Source of the DNA: Psychrobacter sp. HD31
Lineage (GTDB): Bacteria; Pseudomonadota; Gammaproteobacteria; Pseudomonadales; Moraxellaceae
Direction of reading: 5' to 3'
Assembly (NCBI RefSeq): GCF_051097895.1
Contig: NZ_CP142525.1
Span: 1,980,001-2,012,000, forward strand
Length of the DNA: 32,000 bases
Under the pieces are notes generated by a model that saw only the letters and a list, made by a program, of their open reading frames with translations, did not search any database and was not told where the DNA came from. Below, one piece after another: positions 9,937 to 19,026 of the stretch (positions are counted from its first letter, which is position 1; every line of letters starts with the position of its first letter). Position numbers and translations under genes: made by a program.

Positions 9937-10659
9937 ATGGGTCAAAAAGTACATCCAATTGGTATCCGTTTAGGTGTTGTTAAAAAACACAACGCTAACT
10001 GGTATGCAGATCCTAAAAAATATTCTGAATACCTAATTAACGATTTACAAGTTCGTGACTTTTTACGTAAAGAACTTGATAACGCTATGGTTAGCGGTAT
10101 CACTATCGAACGCCCAACAGGCGCAGCTAAGATTACTATCGCAACAGCTCGCCCAGGTATTATCATTGGTAAGAAAGGTGAAGACATTGAAAAGCTTCAG
10201 AAAAAACTTACTAAGTTGATGGGTGTTCCTGCACAAGTTAACATTCAGGAAATTACATCACCTGACTTAGATGCTCGTCTAGTTGCAGACGGTATCGCAA
10301 GCCAGTTAGAGCGTCGTGTTATGTTCCGCCGTGCTATGAAACGTGCGATTCAAAACACTATGCGTGCTGGTGGTCAAGGTATTAAGGTAGAGCTATCTGG
10401 TCGTCTTGGCGGCGCTGAAATTGCTCGTACTGAATGGGATCGTGAAGGTCGTGTTCCACTACATACTTTACGTGCTGATATTGATTATGCATCAGTACGT
10501 GCCGAAACTACTTATGGTACTATCGGTGTTAAAGTATGGATCTTCCGTGGTGAAATCTTAGATGGTATGAATACTGCATACAATCCTGTTAAGGAAGAAA
10601 AATCACGTGCGCCAAAACGCCGTGGTCGTGGTAACCGTCGTAACTCAGACAGAGGTTAA
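9937..10659 (+). CDS. rpsC: 30S ribosomal protein S3
   Basis: 240 aa. [14 protein letters not shown]...KH.ANWYA is the S3 N-terminus. Contains a KH domain and a basic C-terminal tail. Confidence 0.99.
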   Translation: MGQKVHPIGIRLGVVKKHNANWYADPKKYSEYLINDLQVRDFLRKELDNAMVSGITIERPTGAAKITIATARPGIIIGKKGEDIEKLQKKLTKLMGVPAQVNIQEITSPDLDARLVADGIASQLERRVMFRRAMKRAIQNTMRAGGQGIKVELSGRLGGAEIARTEWDREGRVPLHTLRADIDYASVRAETTYGTIGVKVWIFRGEILDGMNTAYNPVKEEKSRAPKRRGRGNRRNSDRG

Positions 10660-10664
10660 ACATT

Positions 10665-11078
10665 ATGTTACAGCCAAAACGTACCAAATTTCGCAAAATG
10701 CATAAAGGGCGTAACACTGGGTTAGCTCACCGTGGTAGCTCTGTATCATTTGGCGAATATGGCTTAAAATCAGTTGGCCGTGGTCGTATGACTGCACGCC
10801 AAATCGAAGCAGCTCGTCGTACTATTACTCGTCGCGTTAAGCGTGGTGGTAAAATCTGGATCCGTGTGTTCCCAGACAAACCAATTACTGCTAAACCACT
10901 AGAAGTACGTATGGGTAAAGGTAAAGGTCCAGTCGAGTACTGGGTAGCCGAAATCAAGCCTGGCAAGATGCTTTATGAAATCGAGGGTGTTAGCGAAGAG
11001 TTAGCGCGTGAGGCATTCACGTTAGCTGCTGCTAAGCTACCATTCAAAACTACCATTGTTAAGCGGACGATAATGTAA
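10665..11078 (+). CDS. rplP: 50S ribosomal protein L16
   Basis: 137 aa. [18 protein letters not shown] is the L16 N-terminus. Confidence 0.99.
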   Translation: MLQPKRTKFRKMHKGRNTGLAHRGSSVSFGEYGLKSVGRGRMTARQIEAARRTITRRVKRGGKIWIRVFPDKPITAKPLEVRMGKGKGPVEYWVAEIKPGKMLYEIEGVSEELAREAFTLAAAKLPFKTTIVKRTIM

Positions 11079-11275
11079 TGAAGATCAGTGAATTACGTGA
11101 AAAATCAGTAGAAGAACTGACCCAATTGCTAGATGAAAAGCAATTATCAGCATTTCAGCTTCGTATGGCGAAGGCAACTGGTCAGTTAGGTAACACGCAT
11201 GAAGTCAAAAGCAACCGTCGCACGATTGCTCAAATTAAGACTTTGATTAATGAAAAACAGCGAGGCGACTCATGA
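11078..11275 (+). CDS. rpmC: 50S ribosomal protein L29
   Basis: 65 aa. The start overlaps the rplP stop (TAATG). [12 protein letters not shown].....[11 protein letters not shown] is an L29 pattern. Confidence 0.97.
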   Translation: MKISELREKSVEELTQLLDEKQLSAFQLRMAKATGQLGNTHEVKSNRRTIAQIKTLINEKQRGDS

Positions 11276-11538
11276 GTGAAAATAATCAAGAGATTGGCGT
11301 CGTAACGGGTAAAGTCGTTAGCAACAAGATGGACAAGTCTATCACTGTGCTAGTAGAGCGACAAATCCGTCACCCAATGTACGGTAAACAAATCCGTCGT
11401 TCGACTAAAATTAAAGCGCACGACGAAAACAATGTTTGCCAACAAGGTGATATCGTACGCATTAAAGAAACTCGTCCTATCTCAAAAACTAAAGCATATA
11501 CTTTAGTAGATGTAGTAGAGACAGCGGTTAAGATTTAG
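11272..11538 (+). CDS. rpsQ: 30S ribosomal protein S17
   Basis: 88 aa. [18 protein letters not shown]...HP.YGK is the S17 signature. Last gene of the S10 cluster. Confidence 0.98.
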   Translation: MSENNQEIGVVTGKVVSNKMDKSITVLVERQIRHPMYGKQIRRSTKIKAHDENNVCQQGDIVRIKETRPISKTKAYTLVDVVETAVKI

Positions 11539-11542
11539 AAAA

Positions 11543-11571
11543 TTGCAATAAAAACTAATTGGTGCTATAAT
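11543..11571 (+). promoter_or_regulatory. Candidate sigma70 promoter of the spc operon
   Basis: TTGCAA (11543-11548), 17-nt spacer, TATAAT (11566-11571). This is near-consensus and sits in the rpsQ-rplN gap. Confidence 0.6.
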
Positions 11572-11589
11572 GTGCGCCCTTTAGAGGAG

Positions 11590-11623
11590 CTGTGTTTATC
11601 GCAAGCACAGTTTCAATTTTTTT
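11590..11623 (+). terminator. Terminator-like hairpin in the rpsQ-rplN gap / spc leader
   Basis: CTGTGTTT (11590-11597) pairs with AAGCACAG (11603-11610), including one G-U pair, around a 5-nt loop, followed by TTTCAATTTTTTT. It lies downstream of the candidate spc -10 box and 33 nt upstream of the rplN ATG. Confidence 0.45.
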
Positions 11624-11655
11624 AGTTTTTATTGCTTATTTATTGGAGTAACGCG

Positions 11656-12024
11656 ATGATTCAGACTGAAACAATGCTGGAAGTTGCAGACAACAGCGGT
11701 GCAAGACGTGTTCAGTGCATTAAAGTACTAGGCGGTTCTCATCGTCGTTATGCATCGGTAGGCGATATTATCAAAGTAACTGTTAAGGAAGCAATTCCAC
11801 GTGGCAAAGTCAAAAAAGGCGATGTTATGAATGCAGTTGTTGTACGTACCAAAAAAGGCACTCGTCGTGCTGATGGCTCAGTACTACGTTTTGATGATAA
11901 CGCAGCTGTATTGTTAAACACTAACAATGCACCGATTGCAACTCGTATTTTTGGACCAGTGACTCGTGAACTACGTGGTGATCAATTTATGAAAATTGTT
12001 TCACTTGCACCTGAAGTACTGTGA
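11656..12024 (+). CDS. rplN: 50S ribosomal protein L14
   Basis: The ORF track starts at 11632 with a non-ATG codon. ATG 11656 gives [33 protein letters not shown], colinear with E. coli L14 ([18 protein letters not shown]...). A GGAG SD lies upstream. Confidence 0.98.
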   Translation: MIQTETMLEVADNSGARRVQCIKVLGGSHRRYASVGDIIKVTVKEAIPRGKVKKGDVMNAVVVRTKKGTRRADGSVLRFDDNAAVLLNTNNAPIATRIFGPVTRELRGDQFMKIVSLAPEVL

Positions 12025-12032
12025 GGTAAAAC

Positions 12033-12353
12033 ATGGCTAAATTACGAAAAGGCGATACTGTTGTTGTAATTGCTGGTAAAGATAAAGGCAAGCAAGGTAC
12101 AGTTCTAGCAGTAAAAGGCGACAGAATTAAAGTTGAAGGCATTTCAATCGTTAAGAAACACCAAAAGGCTAATCAAATGACCGGCCAAGAAGGTGGTATT
12201 ATCGAGCAAGAAGCATTCATCAATATTTCGAATGTTGCAATTTTTAACGAAAAAACCCAAAAAGCTGACCGTGTTGGTTATCAGATTGACGAAAATGGCA
12301 CAAAAACACGTGTTTATCGTTCAACTGGTGAAGCAGTGGCGACAGCTCAATAA
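12033..12353 (+). CDS. rplX: 50S ribosomal protein L24
   Basis: 106 aa. KLRKGDTVVVIAGKDKGKQGTV contains the KOW motif. Position after rplN. Confidence 0.98.
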   Translation: MAKLRKGDTVVVIAGKDKGKQGTVLAVKGDRIKVEGISIVKKHQKANQMTGQEGGIIEQEAFINISNVAIFNEKTQKADRVGYQIDENGTKTRVYRSTGEAVATAQ

Positions 12354-12371
12354 ACCTTAAGGGTATTAGTG

Positions 12372-12908
12372 ATGGCAAGATTAAAATCTTTATATGATGA
12401 TAAGCTAAAGCAGCAAATTCAAGCAGAGCTTGGCTTACAAAATGTGATGGAAGTACCAAAGATTACTAAAATCACAATTAACATGGGTGTAGGCGGTGCA
12501 GCGCAGGACAAAAAAGTTCTTGAAGGTGCATTGGCAGACATGACAGTAATCGCTGGTCAAAAACCAGTGGTAACAAAAGCTCGTAAATCTGTTGCAGGCT
12601 TTAAAATCCGTGAAGAGTGGCCAATTGGCTGTAAAGTAACTTTACGTGGTGAGCGTATGTACGAATTTTTAGATCGTCTAATCGCTATTGCAATTCCTCG
12701 TATTCGTGACTTCCGTGGTTTTTCTCCAAAGTCTTTCGATGGTCGTGGTAACTACTCGCTAGGTATCAAAGAACAAATCGTATTCCCTGAAGTGGATTAT
12801 GATAAAATCGATCAGTTACGTGGTCTTGATGTAACCATCACTACAAATGCTAAAAATGACGACCAAGGTCGTGCATTGCTTAAGGCATTTGGATTCCCAT
12901 TTAAATAA
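12372..12908 (+). CDS. rplE: 50S ribosomal protein L5
   Basis: [12 protein letters not shown]...[17 protein letters not shown] is the L5 signature. The ORF track begins one codon earlier at GTG 12369; ATG 12372 is preferred. Confidence 0.98.
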   Translation: MARLKSLYDDKLKQQIQAELGLQNVMEVPKITKITINMGVGGAAQDKKVLEGALADMTVIAGQKPVVTKARKSVAGFKIREEWPIGCKVTLRGERMYEFLDRLIAIAIPRIRDFRGFSPKSFDGRGNYSLGIKEQIVFPEVDYDKIDQLRGLDVTITTNAKNDDQGRALLKAFGFPFK

Positions 12909-12919
12909 GGTATAGAGTT

Positions 12920-13225
12920 ATGGCTAAAAAGAGCATGATTAATCGCGAATTAAAGCGCGAAAAAACTGTAGCTAAGTATGCAAAAAAACGTGCAGAGCTA
13001 AAAGCTGTTATCAGTGATGCAAATGCTAGCGATGAAGATCGTATGGATGCAATGCTTGAACTACAAGCATTGCCACGTAACGCTTCTCCAGTACGTTTGC
13101 GTAACCGTTGTGGTGTAACAGGTCGTCCACATGGATACTTCCGCAAGTTTGGCTTGTCACGTAATGTTATCCGTGAACGTGTAATGCAAGGTGATGTACC
13201 TGGCGTTCGTAAATCAAGCTGGTAA
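12920..13225 (+). CDS. rpsN: 30S ribosomal protein S14 (long, non-zinc form)
   Basis: 101 aa. [24 protein letters not shown]...GLSR...RE....G..PGV.K.SW is the S14 pattern, with no CxxC motifs. Confidence 0.98.
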   Translation: MAKKSMINRELKREKTVAKYAKKRAELKAVISDANASDEDRMDAMLELQALPRNASPVRLRNRCGVTGRPHGYFRKFGLSRNVIRERVMQGDVPGVRKSSW

Positions 13226-13237
13226 GGAGCAAATTTT

Positions 13238-13636
13238 ATGAGTATGCAAGATACTGTAGCAGATATGCTAACTCGTATTCGCAACGCACAAATGGCTAAA
13301 AAAGCAACTGTTGCTATGCCAAGTTCGAAGTTGCGTAAGTCGATTGCTGACTTATTAGTTAGCGAAGGTTATTTGGCAAGTGCTGAAGTAGTTGAGGGCG
13401 AGAAAGGTAAAAACACACTTTCTATCGAACTTAGATACTTTGAAGGTAAGCCAGTTATTGAAACACTAAAACGTTATAGCCGTCCAGGTTTGCGTCAGTA
13501 CCGTGGCAAGGATGAAATTCCTAGTGTACGCCAAGGTATGGGTGTTACAATTGTATCAACAAGTCAAGGTATTATGAGCGACCGTGCTGCACGTGCTGCA
13601 GGTATTGGTGGCGAAATTATCGCATTTGTTGCATAA
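13238..13636 (+). CDS. rpsH: 30S ribosomal protein S8
   Basis: 132 aa. [22 protein letters not shown] is the S8 N-terminus. Confidence 0.99.
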   Translation: MSMQDTVADMLTRIRNAQMAKKATVAMPSSKLRKSIADLLVSEGYLASAEVVEGEKGKNTLSIELRYFEGKPVIETLKRYSRPGLRQYRGKDEIPSVRQGMGVTIVSTSQGIMSDRAARAAGIGGEIIAFVA

Positions 13637-13646
13637 AAAAGTTTTT

Positions 13647-13685
13647 AAAAAAGCTAGGTAATGTATTCACTACCTAGCTTTTTGT
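13647..13685 (+). terminator. Intrinsic-terminator hairpin 1 inside the spc cluster (after rpsH)
   Basis: Perfect 10-bp stem: AAGCTAGGTA (13651-13660) with TACCTAGCTT (13671-13680) and a 10-nt loop. There is an A-run upstream and a T-run (13679-13683) downstream, so it is terminator-shaped in both orientations. Confidence 0.55.
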
Positions 13686-13698
13686 GTTATAATATAAT
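13685..13698 (+). promoter_or_regulatory. Extended -10-like box between the two spacer hairpins
   Basis: TGTTATAAT (13685-13693, TGn + TATAAT) with an overlapping second TATAAT at 13693-13698. The only -35 candidate is the weak TTCACT (13666-13671). Function is doubtful because hairpin 2 starts about 7 nt downstream. Confidence 0.25.
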
Positions 13699-13724
13699 GC
13701 TAACCCTTTTGGGTTAGTTTTTTT
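13699..13724 (+). terminator. Intrinsic-terminator hairpin 2 inside the spc cluster (before rplF)
   Basis: CTAACCC (13700-13706), TTTT loop, GGGTTAG (13711-13717), then seven consecutive T (13718-13724). This is the textbook rho-independent shape. Confidence 0.6.
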
Positions 13725-13809
13725 ATTGCCTTAATGTTTTATAAATTTTTTATATGTTTATTGATTACTAAGGCTCTAGTTTTAATTTCTATCAATTAAG
13801 GAATTTCCT

Positions 13810-14343
13810 ATGTCTCGTGTGGCTAAAGCCCCAGTAACACTACCAAGTGGTACCAGTGTTACTTTGAACGATCGGCAGGTCGAAGTTAAAGGCAAAAACG
13901 GTAACATGTCTTTACGCCTGCATGATTTGGTCGAGCTAAAGCAGGAAGATAGTCAAGTTGTACTATCACCTGTATCAGATACAAAAGAAGCGTGGATGCA
14001 CACAGGTACTGTTCGTGCATTGCTTAACAACATAGTTGTTGGTGTAACTGAAGGCTTTGAAAAGAAACTTGAACTGATTGGTGTTGGTTATAAAGCTCAA
14101 GTAGCTGGTAGCAAAGTAACGCTTAACCTAGGTTACTCTCACCCAATCGAATACACTTTACCAGAAGGTGTAAGTGCAGAAACACCAACCCAAACTGAAA
14201 TTGTGCTTAAATCAAGCGACAAGCAAAAGTTGGGTCAGGCAGCAGCAAATATCCGTGGCTTCCGTCCACCAGAACCTTATAAAGGTAAAGGTGTGCGTTA
14301 CAGCGATGAGTATGTTGCCCGTAAAGAAGCTAAGAAGAAATAA
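13810..14343 (+). CDS. rplF: 50S ribosomal protein L6
   Basis: 177 aa. [14 protein letters not shown]....N...V.VKG.NG is the L6 N-terminus. AAGGAA SD upstream. Confidence 0.98.
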   Translation: MSRVAKAPVTLPSGTSVTLNDRQVEVKGKNGNMSLRLHDLVELKQEDSQVVLSPVSDTKEAWMHTGTVRALLNNIVVGVTEGFEKKLELIGVGYKAQVAGSKVTLNLGYSHPIEYTLPEGVSAETPTQTEIVLKSSDKQKLGQAAANIRGFRPPEPYKGKGVRYSDEYVARKEAKKK

Positions 14344-14358
14344 AAAAGGTGAGCAACT

Positions 14359-14709
14359 ATGTTTGATAAAAAAGAAGCTCGTCTGCGTCGAGCTAAAAAA
14401 ACCCGCGCACATATTCGTAATCTTGGTGCACATCGTTTGGTTGTTAACAGAACACCTAAACATATTTACGCACAAGTTATTTCACCAACAGGCGGTGAAG
14501 TACTTGCACAAGCATCTACATTAGATGTAAGTCTACGTTCTGGCGCAACAGGTAACGTAGATGCAGCAACATCAGTTGGTGCTATGATCGCTGAACGTGC
14601 TAAGTCAGCAGGTGTTACTAAAGTAGCATTTGATCGTAGCGGTTTTAAATATCATGGTCGTGTAAAAGCGTTAGCTGAAGCTGCACGTGAAAATGGATTG
14701 GAGTTTTAA
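14359..14709 (+). CDS. rplR: 50S ribosomal protein L18
   Basis: 116 aa. [10 protein letters not shown]......RL.V.RTP.HIYAQVI...[23 protein letters not shown] is the L18 signature. Confidence 0.98.
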   Translation: MFDKKEARLRRAKKTRAHIRNLGAHRLVVNRTPKHIYAQVISPTGGEVLAQASTLDVSLRSGATGNVDAATSVGAMIAERAKSAGVTKVAFDRSGFKYHGRVKALAEAARENGLEF

Positions 14710-14711
14710 TC

Positions 14712-15209
14712 ATGGCGAATGTTGAACAAACAGACGGTTTAGTAGAACGCTTGGTTTCAGTTGGCCGTGTTTCTAAAGTTGTTAAAGGTGGTCGTATTTT
14801 CTCGTTCACTGCTTTAACAGTAGTTGGTGACGGTAATGGTCGAGTTGGTTTTGGTCGTGGTAAAGCACGCGAAGTACCAGCTGCTATCCAAAAAGCACTA
14901 GAAGCTGCTAAACGTAATATGATCACTGTTGATCTTGATGGTACTACACTACAACACCCAATTAATGCCCGTCATGGTGCATCACGTGTTTACATGCAGC
15001 CTGCATCTGAAGGTACTGGTGTAATTGCTGGTGGTGCGATGCGTGCAGTACTTGAAGTTGCTGGCGTTGAAAACGTACTAGCTAAGTGCTACGGCTCAAC
15101 AAATGAAGCAAACGTTGTACAAGCAACATTTAATGGCTTGCGTGACATGTCATCTCCAGAAAAGATGGCTGCAAAACGTGGCAAAACTGTAGAAGAAATT
15201 TTGGGTTAA
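14712..15209 (+). CDS. rpsE: 30S ribosomal protein S5
   Basis: 165 aa. [43 protein letters not shown] is the S5 signature. Confidence 0.99.
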   Translation: MANVEQTDGLVERLVSVGRVSKVVKGGRIFSFTALTVVGDGNGRVGFGRGKAREVPAAIQKALEAAKRNMITVDLDGTTLQHPINARHGASRVYMQPASEGTGVIAGGAMRAVLEVAGVENVLAKCYGSTNEANVVQATFNGLRDMSSPEKMAAKRGKTVEEILG

Positions 15210-15228
15210 TCAGGAGTAGGTGAGTACT

Positions 15229-15408
15229 ATGAAAACAATGAAAGTCACTCAAACTAAATCGGGTGCCCATCGCCAACAAAGCCACAAGGCATGCCTTAAA
15301 GGTTTAGGTTTGCGTCGTATCGGTCATACGGTAGAAGTAGAAGATACCCCTTCAACTCGTGGTATGGTAAATCGCATCAACTACATGGTAAAAGTGGAGG
15401 AAGCGTAA
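15229..15408 (+). CDS. rpmD: 50S ribosomal protein L30
   Basis: The ORF track starts at GTG 15220, only 3 nt after the CAGGAG SD. ATG 15229 is better spaced and gives a 59-aa protein ([11 protein letters not shown]...[18 protein letters not shown]) colinear with E. coli L30. Confidence 0.96.
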   Translation: MKTMKVTQTKSGAHRQQSHKACLKGLGLRRIGHTVEVEDTPSTRGMVNRINYMVKVEEA

Positions 15409-15863
15409 TGGGTCTTAAATTAAACGAATTATCACCTGCTGAAGGTTCTAAGAAAAAAGCATTCCGCCGTGGTCGTGGTATCGGTTCTGGCCTAGGCAAA
15501 ACTGGTGGTCGTGGTGTTAAAGGTCAAAAGTCACGTAGTGGCTCAAGCATTCCTGCAGGTTTTGAAGGCGGTCAGATGCCAATCTACCGTCGTTTGCCTA
15601 AGTTTGGTTTTACCAGCAAAATGGCAATGACAACTGCAGAAGTACGCTTGTCTGAACTAAATAAAGTAGAAGGTGATGTAGTTAGTGTAGAAACACTAAA
15701 AGCTGCTAACATCATCCGTCATGATATGAAACGTGTACGCGTTATCTTATCTGGCGAAGAAGCCTTTAAAGAAGCTGGTAAAGCATACACTTTTAAAGGT
15801 GTTAAAGTAACTAAAGGTGCTAAAGAAGCAATCGAAGCTGCTGGTGGCAGCATCGAGGAGTAA
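15408..15863 (+). CDS. rplO: 50S ribosomal protein L15
   Basis: 151 aa. [11 protein letters not shown]...[22 protein letters not shown] is the L15 signature. The start overlaps the rpmD stop (TAATG). Confidence 0.98.
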   Translation: MGLKLNELSPAEGSKKKAFRRGRGIGSGLGKTGGRGVKGQKSRSGSSIPAGFEGGQMPIYRRLPKFGFTSKMAMTTAEVRLSELNKVEGDVVSVETLKAANIIRHDMKRVRVILSGEEAFKEAGKAYTFKGVKVTKGAKEAIEAAGGSIEE

Positions 15864-15870
15864 TATAAAA

Positions 15871-17199
15871 GTGGCAAAACAATCAATGACTGCTAGTGGT
15901 ATTCCATTAAATCCCATCGCATTTATTCGTAAATATGATGAGTTGTGGAGTAGAGTGCTTTTTTTATTAGGAGCATTGGTTGTTTATCGCTTTGGCTCAC
16001 ACATCCCAGTACCAGGGGTTGACCCGAGTGCACTTTCTGACTTTTTTAAAGGAAACTCTGGCACATTACTTGGGATGTTTAACATGTTTTCTGGTGGTGC
16101 ATTAGAGCGTATGTCGATTATGGCGCTTGGCATCATGCCTTATATTTCGGCCAGTATCATTGTACAAATGATGTCAGCAGTCATCCCTTCTTTAGAAGCA
16201 CTAAAAAAAGAAGGCGAGGCGGGTAGAAGACAGTTAAATAAATATACACGTCAAGGTACATTAGCCTTGGCGCTTGTGCAGGCTGTTGTAATGAGTAGAG
16301 GGCTATTAGTTGGTCAAGATCTAGCCATTACATCAGGTCTTACGTTTTATATCCCAGCGGTTACATCATTAGTTGCAGGCGCAATGTTTTTGATGTGGTT
16401 GGGAGAACAAATTACTGAGCGTGGTGTTGGTAACGGTATTTCTATGCTGATGGTAATCAGTATTATATCAAGTATGCCAATGATGTTTTCTCAAGCCATT
16501 GATATGGCAAAAGAGGGCAAACTAATCGCGGTATTTATTGTTATTGTTTTGGCAACCGCTGTTACAGCTGGTATTGTTTTAATTGAGCGCGCTCAAAGAC
16601 GTGTCCCAGTTAATTATGCGCAAAAACAGCAACAAGGGCGTAAAGTTTATGCACAGCAGCAATCACATTTGCCTCTTAAAATTAATATGGCAGGTGTGAT
16701 TCCAGCAATTTTTGCAAGTTCATTGTTGTTGGTACCTGCAAGTATGAGTCAATGGGTAGGGCAATCGGCAAACCCTAGCATTTTTCAAAATATATTACAG
16801 AATATTGCGCTTGTATTGTCACCAGGTCAGCCACTTTATTTGGTTGTTTTTGGGGCAATGATTATATTCTTCTGTTATTTTTATACTGCCTTGGTATTTA
16901 GCCCAAGGGAAGTAGCCGAAAATTTAAAACGTAGTGGTGCTTATGTTCCTGGCATTCGTCCTGGACAACAAACAGAACGTTACTTAGACCATGTACTTAA
17001 TCGTTTAACCTTTATTGGTGCGATGTATATGACGGTTATTTGTTTGATGCCGATGATAATGCAAAATGCAGCTGGTCTAAGTTTTGCATTGGGTGGTACC
17101 TCACTATTGATTGTTATTGTGGTTATGATGGACTTTATCTCACAGGTGCAAGCACATTTAATGACGCACCAATATCAAGATAAAACCTTAATCCAGTAA
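15871..17199 (+). CDS. secY: Preprotein translocase subunit SecY (GTG start)
   Basis: The ORF track's 15817 start lies inside rplO. GTG 15871 reads (M)AKQS..., matching the E. coli SecY N-terminus MAKQPG. The LGIMPYISASII, FLMWLGEQITERG.GNGIS, HLPLK.NMAGVIPAIFASS and GGTSLLIV motifs are present. Confidence 0.97.
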   Translation: MAKQSMTASGIPLNPIAFIRKYDELWSRVLFLLGALVVYRFGSHIPVPGVDPSALSDFFKGNSGTLLGMFNMFSGGALERMSIMALGIMPYISASIIVQMMSAVIPSLEALKKEGEAGRRQLNKYTRQGTLALALVQAVVMSRGLLVGQDLAITSGLTFYIPAVTSLVAGAMFLMWLGEQITERGVGNGISMLMVISIISSMPMMFSQAIDMAKEGKLIAVFIVIVLATAVTAGIVLIERAQRRVPVNYAQKQQQGRKVYAQQQSHLPLKINMAGVIPAIFASSLLLVPASMSQWVGQSANPSIFQNILQNIALVLSPGQPLYLVVFGAMIIFFCYFYTALVFSPREVAENLKRSGAYVPGIRPGQQTERYLDHVLNRLTFIGAMYMTVICLMPMIMQNAAGLSFALGGTSLLIVIVVMMDFISQVQAHLMTHQYQDKTLIQ

Positions 17200-17265
17200 A
17201 CTATTTTAAATTATAATTTAGCTACTAAGTATTTAGTAACTTTTTTCCGATAATTGGAGTATGAA

Positions 17266-17382
17266 ATGAAAGTTCAAGCATCAGTAAAAAAGATTTGCGG
17301 CAGCTGTAAGATTGTTCGTCGTAAAGGTCGTGTTCATGTGATTTGTAGCTCTGAGCCACGTCACAAGCAACGCCAAGGTTAA
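17266..17382 (+). CDS. rpmJ: 50S ribosomal protein L36 (zinc-ribbon form)
   Basis: Too short for the ORF track, so found by reading the sequence. ATG 17266 gives [38 protein letters not shown] (38 aa, C-x2-C...C...H) with stop TAA at 17380-17382. The GGAG SD is 6 nt upstream. Confidence 0.95.
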   Translation: MKVQASVKKICGSCKIVRRKGRVHVICSSEPRHKQRQG

Positions 17383-17397
17383 TTTTTAATCTAGTAC

Positions 17398-17426
17398 TTG
17401 AAATTCAAGGGCGGATGAGGTATCAT
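17398..17426 (+). promoter_or_regulatory. Candidate sigma70 promoter of the alpha (rpsM) operon
   Basis: TTGAAA (17398-17403), 17-nt spacer, TATCAT (17421-17426). About 140 nt upstream of the rpsM ATG. Confidence 0.5.
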
Positions 17427-17437
17427 CCGCTTCTTGT
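17411..17437 (+). terminator. Hairpin after rpmJ (possible spc terminator), embedded in the alpha promoter
   Basis: GCGGATGA (17411-17418), GGTA loop, TCATCCGC (17423-17430), followed by TTCTTGT. The U-tract is interrupted. Confidence 0.4.
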
Positions 17438-17565
17438 CGTAGTTTGCCTCTATACTTAATGCTTAAATCAGTTGTTGATTTAATACATTACTAGGGCAAA
17501 CATCAACATAACTAAATGGGTTTTACAATTGTTGTAATAACTTGTTTTTTAATGGAGAGAAACCA

Positions 17566-17919
17566 ATGGCTCGTATTGCCGGCGTAAACATCCCGGATAA
17601 CAAACATGCTGTTATTTCACTAACTTATATTTTTGGTATTGGTCGTACTACTGCAAAGCAAATCCTTGCAGCAGTTAACATTGAACCAACTACTAAAATC
17701 AGTGAGTTAGATGATACTCAGCTAGATGCTGTCCGTGCACAAGTTGCAAACTATACGACAGAAGGTGACCTTCGTCGTGAAGTTTCAATGAATATCAAAC
17801 GCTTAGTTGATTTGGGTTGCTACCGTGGTCTTCGTCACCGCCGTGGTTTGCCAGTTAATGGTCAGCGTACAAAAACGAATGCTCGTACTCGCAAGGGTCC
17901 ACTAAGAGCAATTAAATAA
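17566..17919 (+). CDS. rpsM: 30S ribosomal protein S13
   Basis: The ORF track starts at 17542 (non-ATG). ATG 17566 gives [26 protein letters not shown], the S13 N-terminus. GGAGAG SD upstream. Confidence 0.98.
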   Translation: MARIAGVNIPDNKHAVISLTYIFGIGRTTAKQILAAVNIEPTTKISELDDTQLDAVRAQVANYTTEGDLRREVSMNIKRLVDLGCYRGLRHRRGLPVNGQRTKTNARTRKGPLRAIK

Positions 17920-17944
17920 ACAAATTAATTTAGGAAGCTAAAAG

Positions 17945-18337
17945 ATGGCAAAAGACACTCGTAGTCGCAAAAAAGCGTCTCGTCGTTCTGTATCAGAGGG
18001 CGTAGCCCATATCCATGCGTCTTTTAATAACACCATTGTTACTATTACCGATCGTCAAGGTAATGCTTTGGCTTGGGCCACCTCAGGTGGACAAGGCTTC
18101 CGTGGTTCACGTAAATCAACGCCATTTGCTGCACAGGTTGCGGCAGAAGTTGCTGGCAAAGCTGCTCAGGAACAATATGGCTTGAAGAACATTGACGTTC
18201 TGGTTAAAGGTCCAGGACCTGGTCGTGAGTCTGCGGTAAGAGCTTTAGGTGCATTGGGTTATAAAGTGAACAGCATTACAGATGTGACACCAATCCCACA
18301 CAATGGTACTCGCCCGCCGAAGAAGCGTCGAGTTTAA
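17945..18337 (+). CDS. rpsK: 30S ribosomal protein S11
   Basis: 130 aa. [40 protein letters not shown] is the S11 signature. Confidence 0.99.
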   Translation: MAKDTRSRKKASRRSVSEGVAHIHASFNNTIVTITDRQGNALAWATSGGQGFRGSRKSTPFAAQVAAEVAGKAAQEQYGLKNIDVLVKGPGPGRESAVRALGALGYKVNSITDVTPIPHNGTRPPKKRRV

Positions 18338-18357
18338 GACACTAAGGAGACTCTATT

Positions 18358-18999
18358 ATGGCCCGTTATATTGGTCCTAAACTCAAGTTATCACGTCGTG
18401 AAGGTACCGACTTACAATTAAAGTCTGGTGTTAAACCATTTGATGTGAAAACTAAAAAAGCTGATCGTGCTCCTGGCCAGCATGGTAACAGCAGAGCAAA
18501 AACTTCAGAATATGCTCAACAGTTGCGTGAGAAGCAAAAAGTAAAACGTATGTACGGTGTACTTGAGCGTCAATTCTCAAACTACTATAAAGAAGCAGCC
18601 CGCATGCGTGGTGCAACAGGTGAAAACCTATTGACTATGCTTGAACGTCGTTTAGATAACGTTGTTTATCGTATGGGCTTTGGTTCTACACGTGCAGAAG
18701 CTCGTCAGCTAGTTAGCCATAAAGCAGTTATGGTTAAAAAAGCAGGACGTGATGAATTTGTTCGTGTGAACATTCCATCAATTCAACTTCAAGATGGTGA
18801 CGTTGTTGCTATCCATGAAAAAGCAAAAGAACAACTACGTATTAAAAATGCTATCGAACTAGCAACACAACGTGGTATTGCTGAATGGTTAGAAGTTGAT
18901 CACAGTAAATTGCAAGGTACTTTCAAACAAGCTCCTGATCGCGTGGATCTTCCAGCAGAAATCAATGAGAGTTTGATTGTTGAGCTTTACTCTAAATAA
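18358..18999 (+). CDS. rpsD: 30S ribosomal protein S4
   Basis: 213 aa. [19 protein letters not shown] is the S4 N-terminus; [25 protein letters not shown] is the S4 domain. Confidence 0.99.
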   Translation: MARYIGPKLKLSRREGTDLQLKSGVKPFDVKTKKADRAPGQHGNSRAKTSEYAQQLREKQKVKRMYGVLERQFSNYYKEAARMRGATGENLLTMLERRLDNVVYRMGFGSTRAEARQLVSHKAVMVKKAGRDEFVRVNIPSIQLQDGDVVAIHEKAKEQLRIKNAIELATQRGIAEWLEVDHSKLQGTFKQAPDRVDLPAEINESLIVELYSK

Positions 19000-19026
19000 T
19001 TAATTTTATCATTCGAGGTGACATTT

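Noticed and set aside
12901-13284. 127-aa ORF antisense to rpsN. Similar antisense or alternate-frame ORFs lie inside well-supported genes at 1028-1213, 1550-1984, 6585-6833, 7525-7716, 7625-7864, 9942-10187, 10727-10966, 14174-14524, 14212-14475, 14645-14926, 19928-20269, 20536-20901, 21351-21645, 23681-23968, 26935-27147, 29309-29605 and elsewhere.
   Set aside because: All of them overlap strongly conserved genes on the opposite strand or in another frame. Their products are low-complexity (R/S/T/C-rich) as expected from mirror frames, and they have no SD. They are treated as spurious.
13661-13717. 18-codon ORF (MYSLPSFLCYNIMLTLLG) inside the rpsH-rplF spacer
   Set aside because: It runs through both hairpins. 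The only SD-like AGG is 2-3 nt from the ATG, which is too close. There is no supporting evidence, so the hairpins explain the sequence better.
15817-15870. N-terminal extensions in the ORF track: secY from 15817, rplN from 11632, rpsM from 17542, rpmF from 22828, rplV from 9596, rpmD from 15220, rpoA from 19018 and ohyA from 28181
   Set aside because: The extensions overlap the preceding gene or its SD, start at non-ATG codons, and add residues absent from remembered homolog N-termini. Internal starts with properly spaced SDs were used instead.
17261-17269. Two-codon mini-ORF ATG-AAA-TGA whose stop overlaps the rpmJ start (ATGAAATGAAAG)
   Set aside because: The GGAG SD (17256-17259) is only 1 nt from this ATG but 6 nt from the rpmJ ATG at 17266. 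It is most likely a coincidence of an A/T-rich start region.
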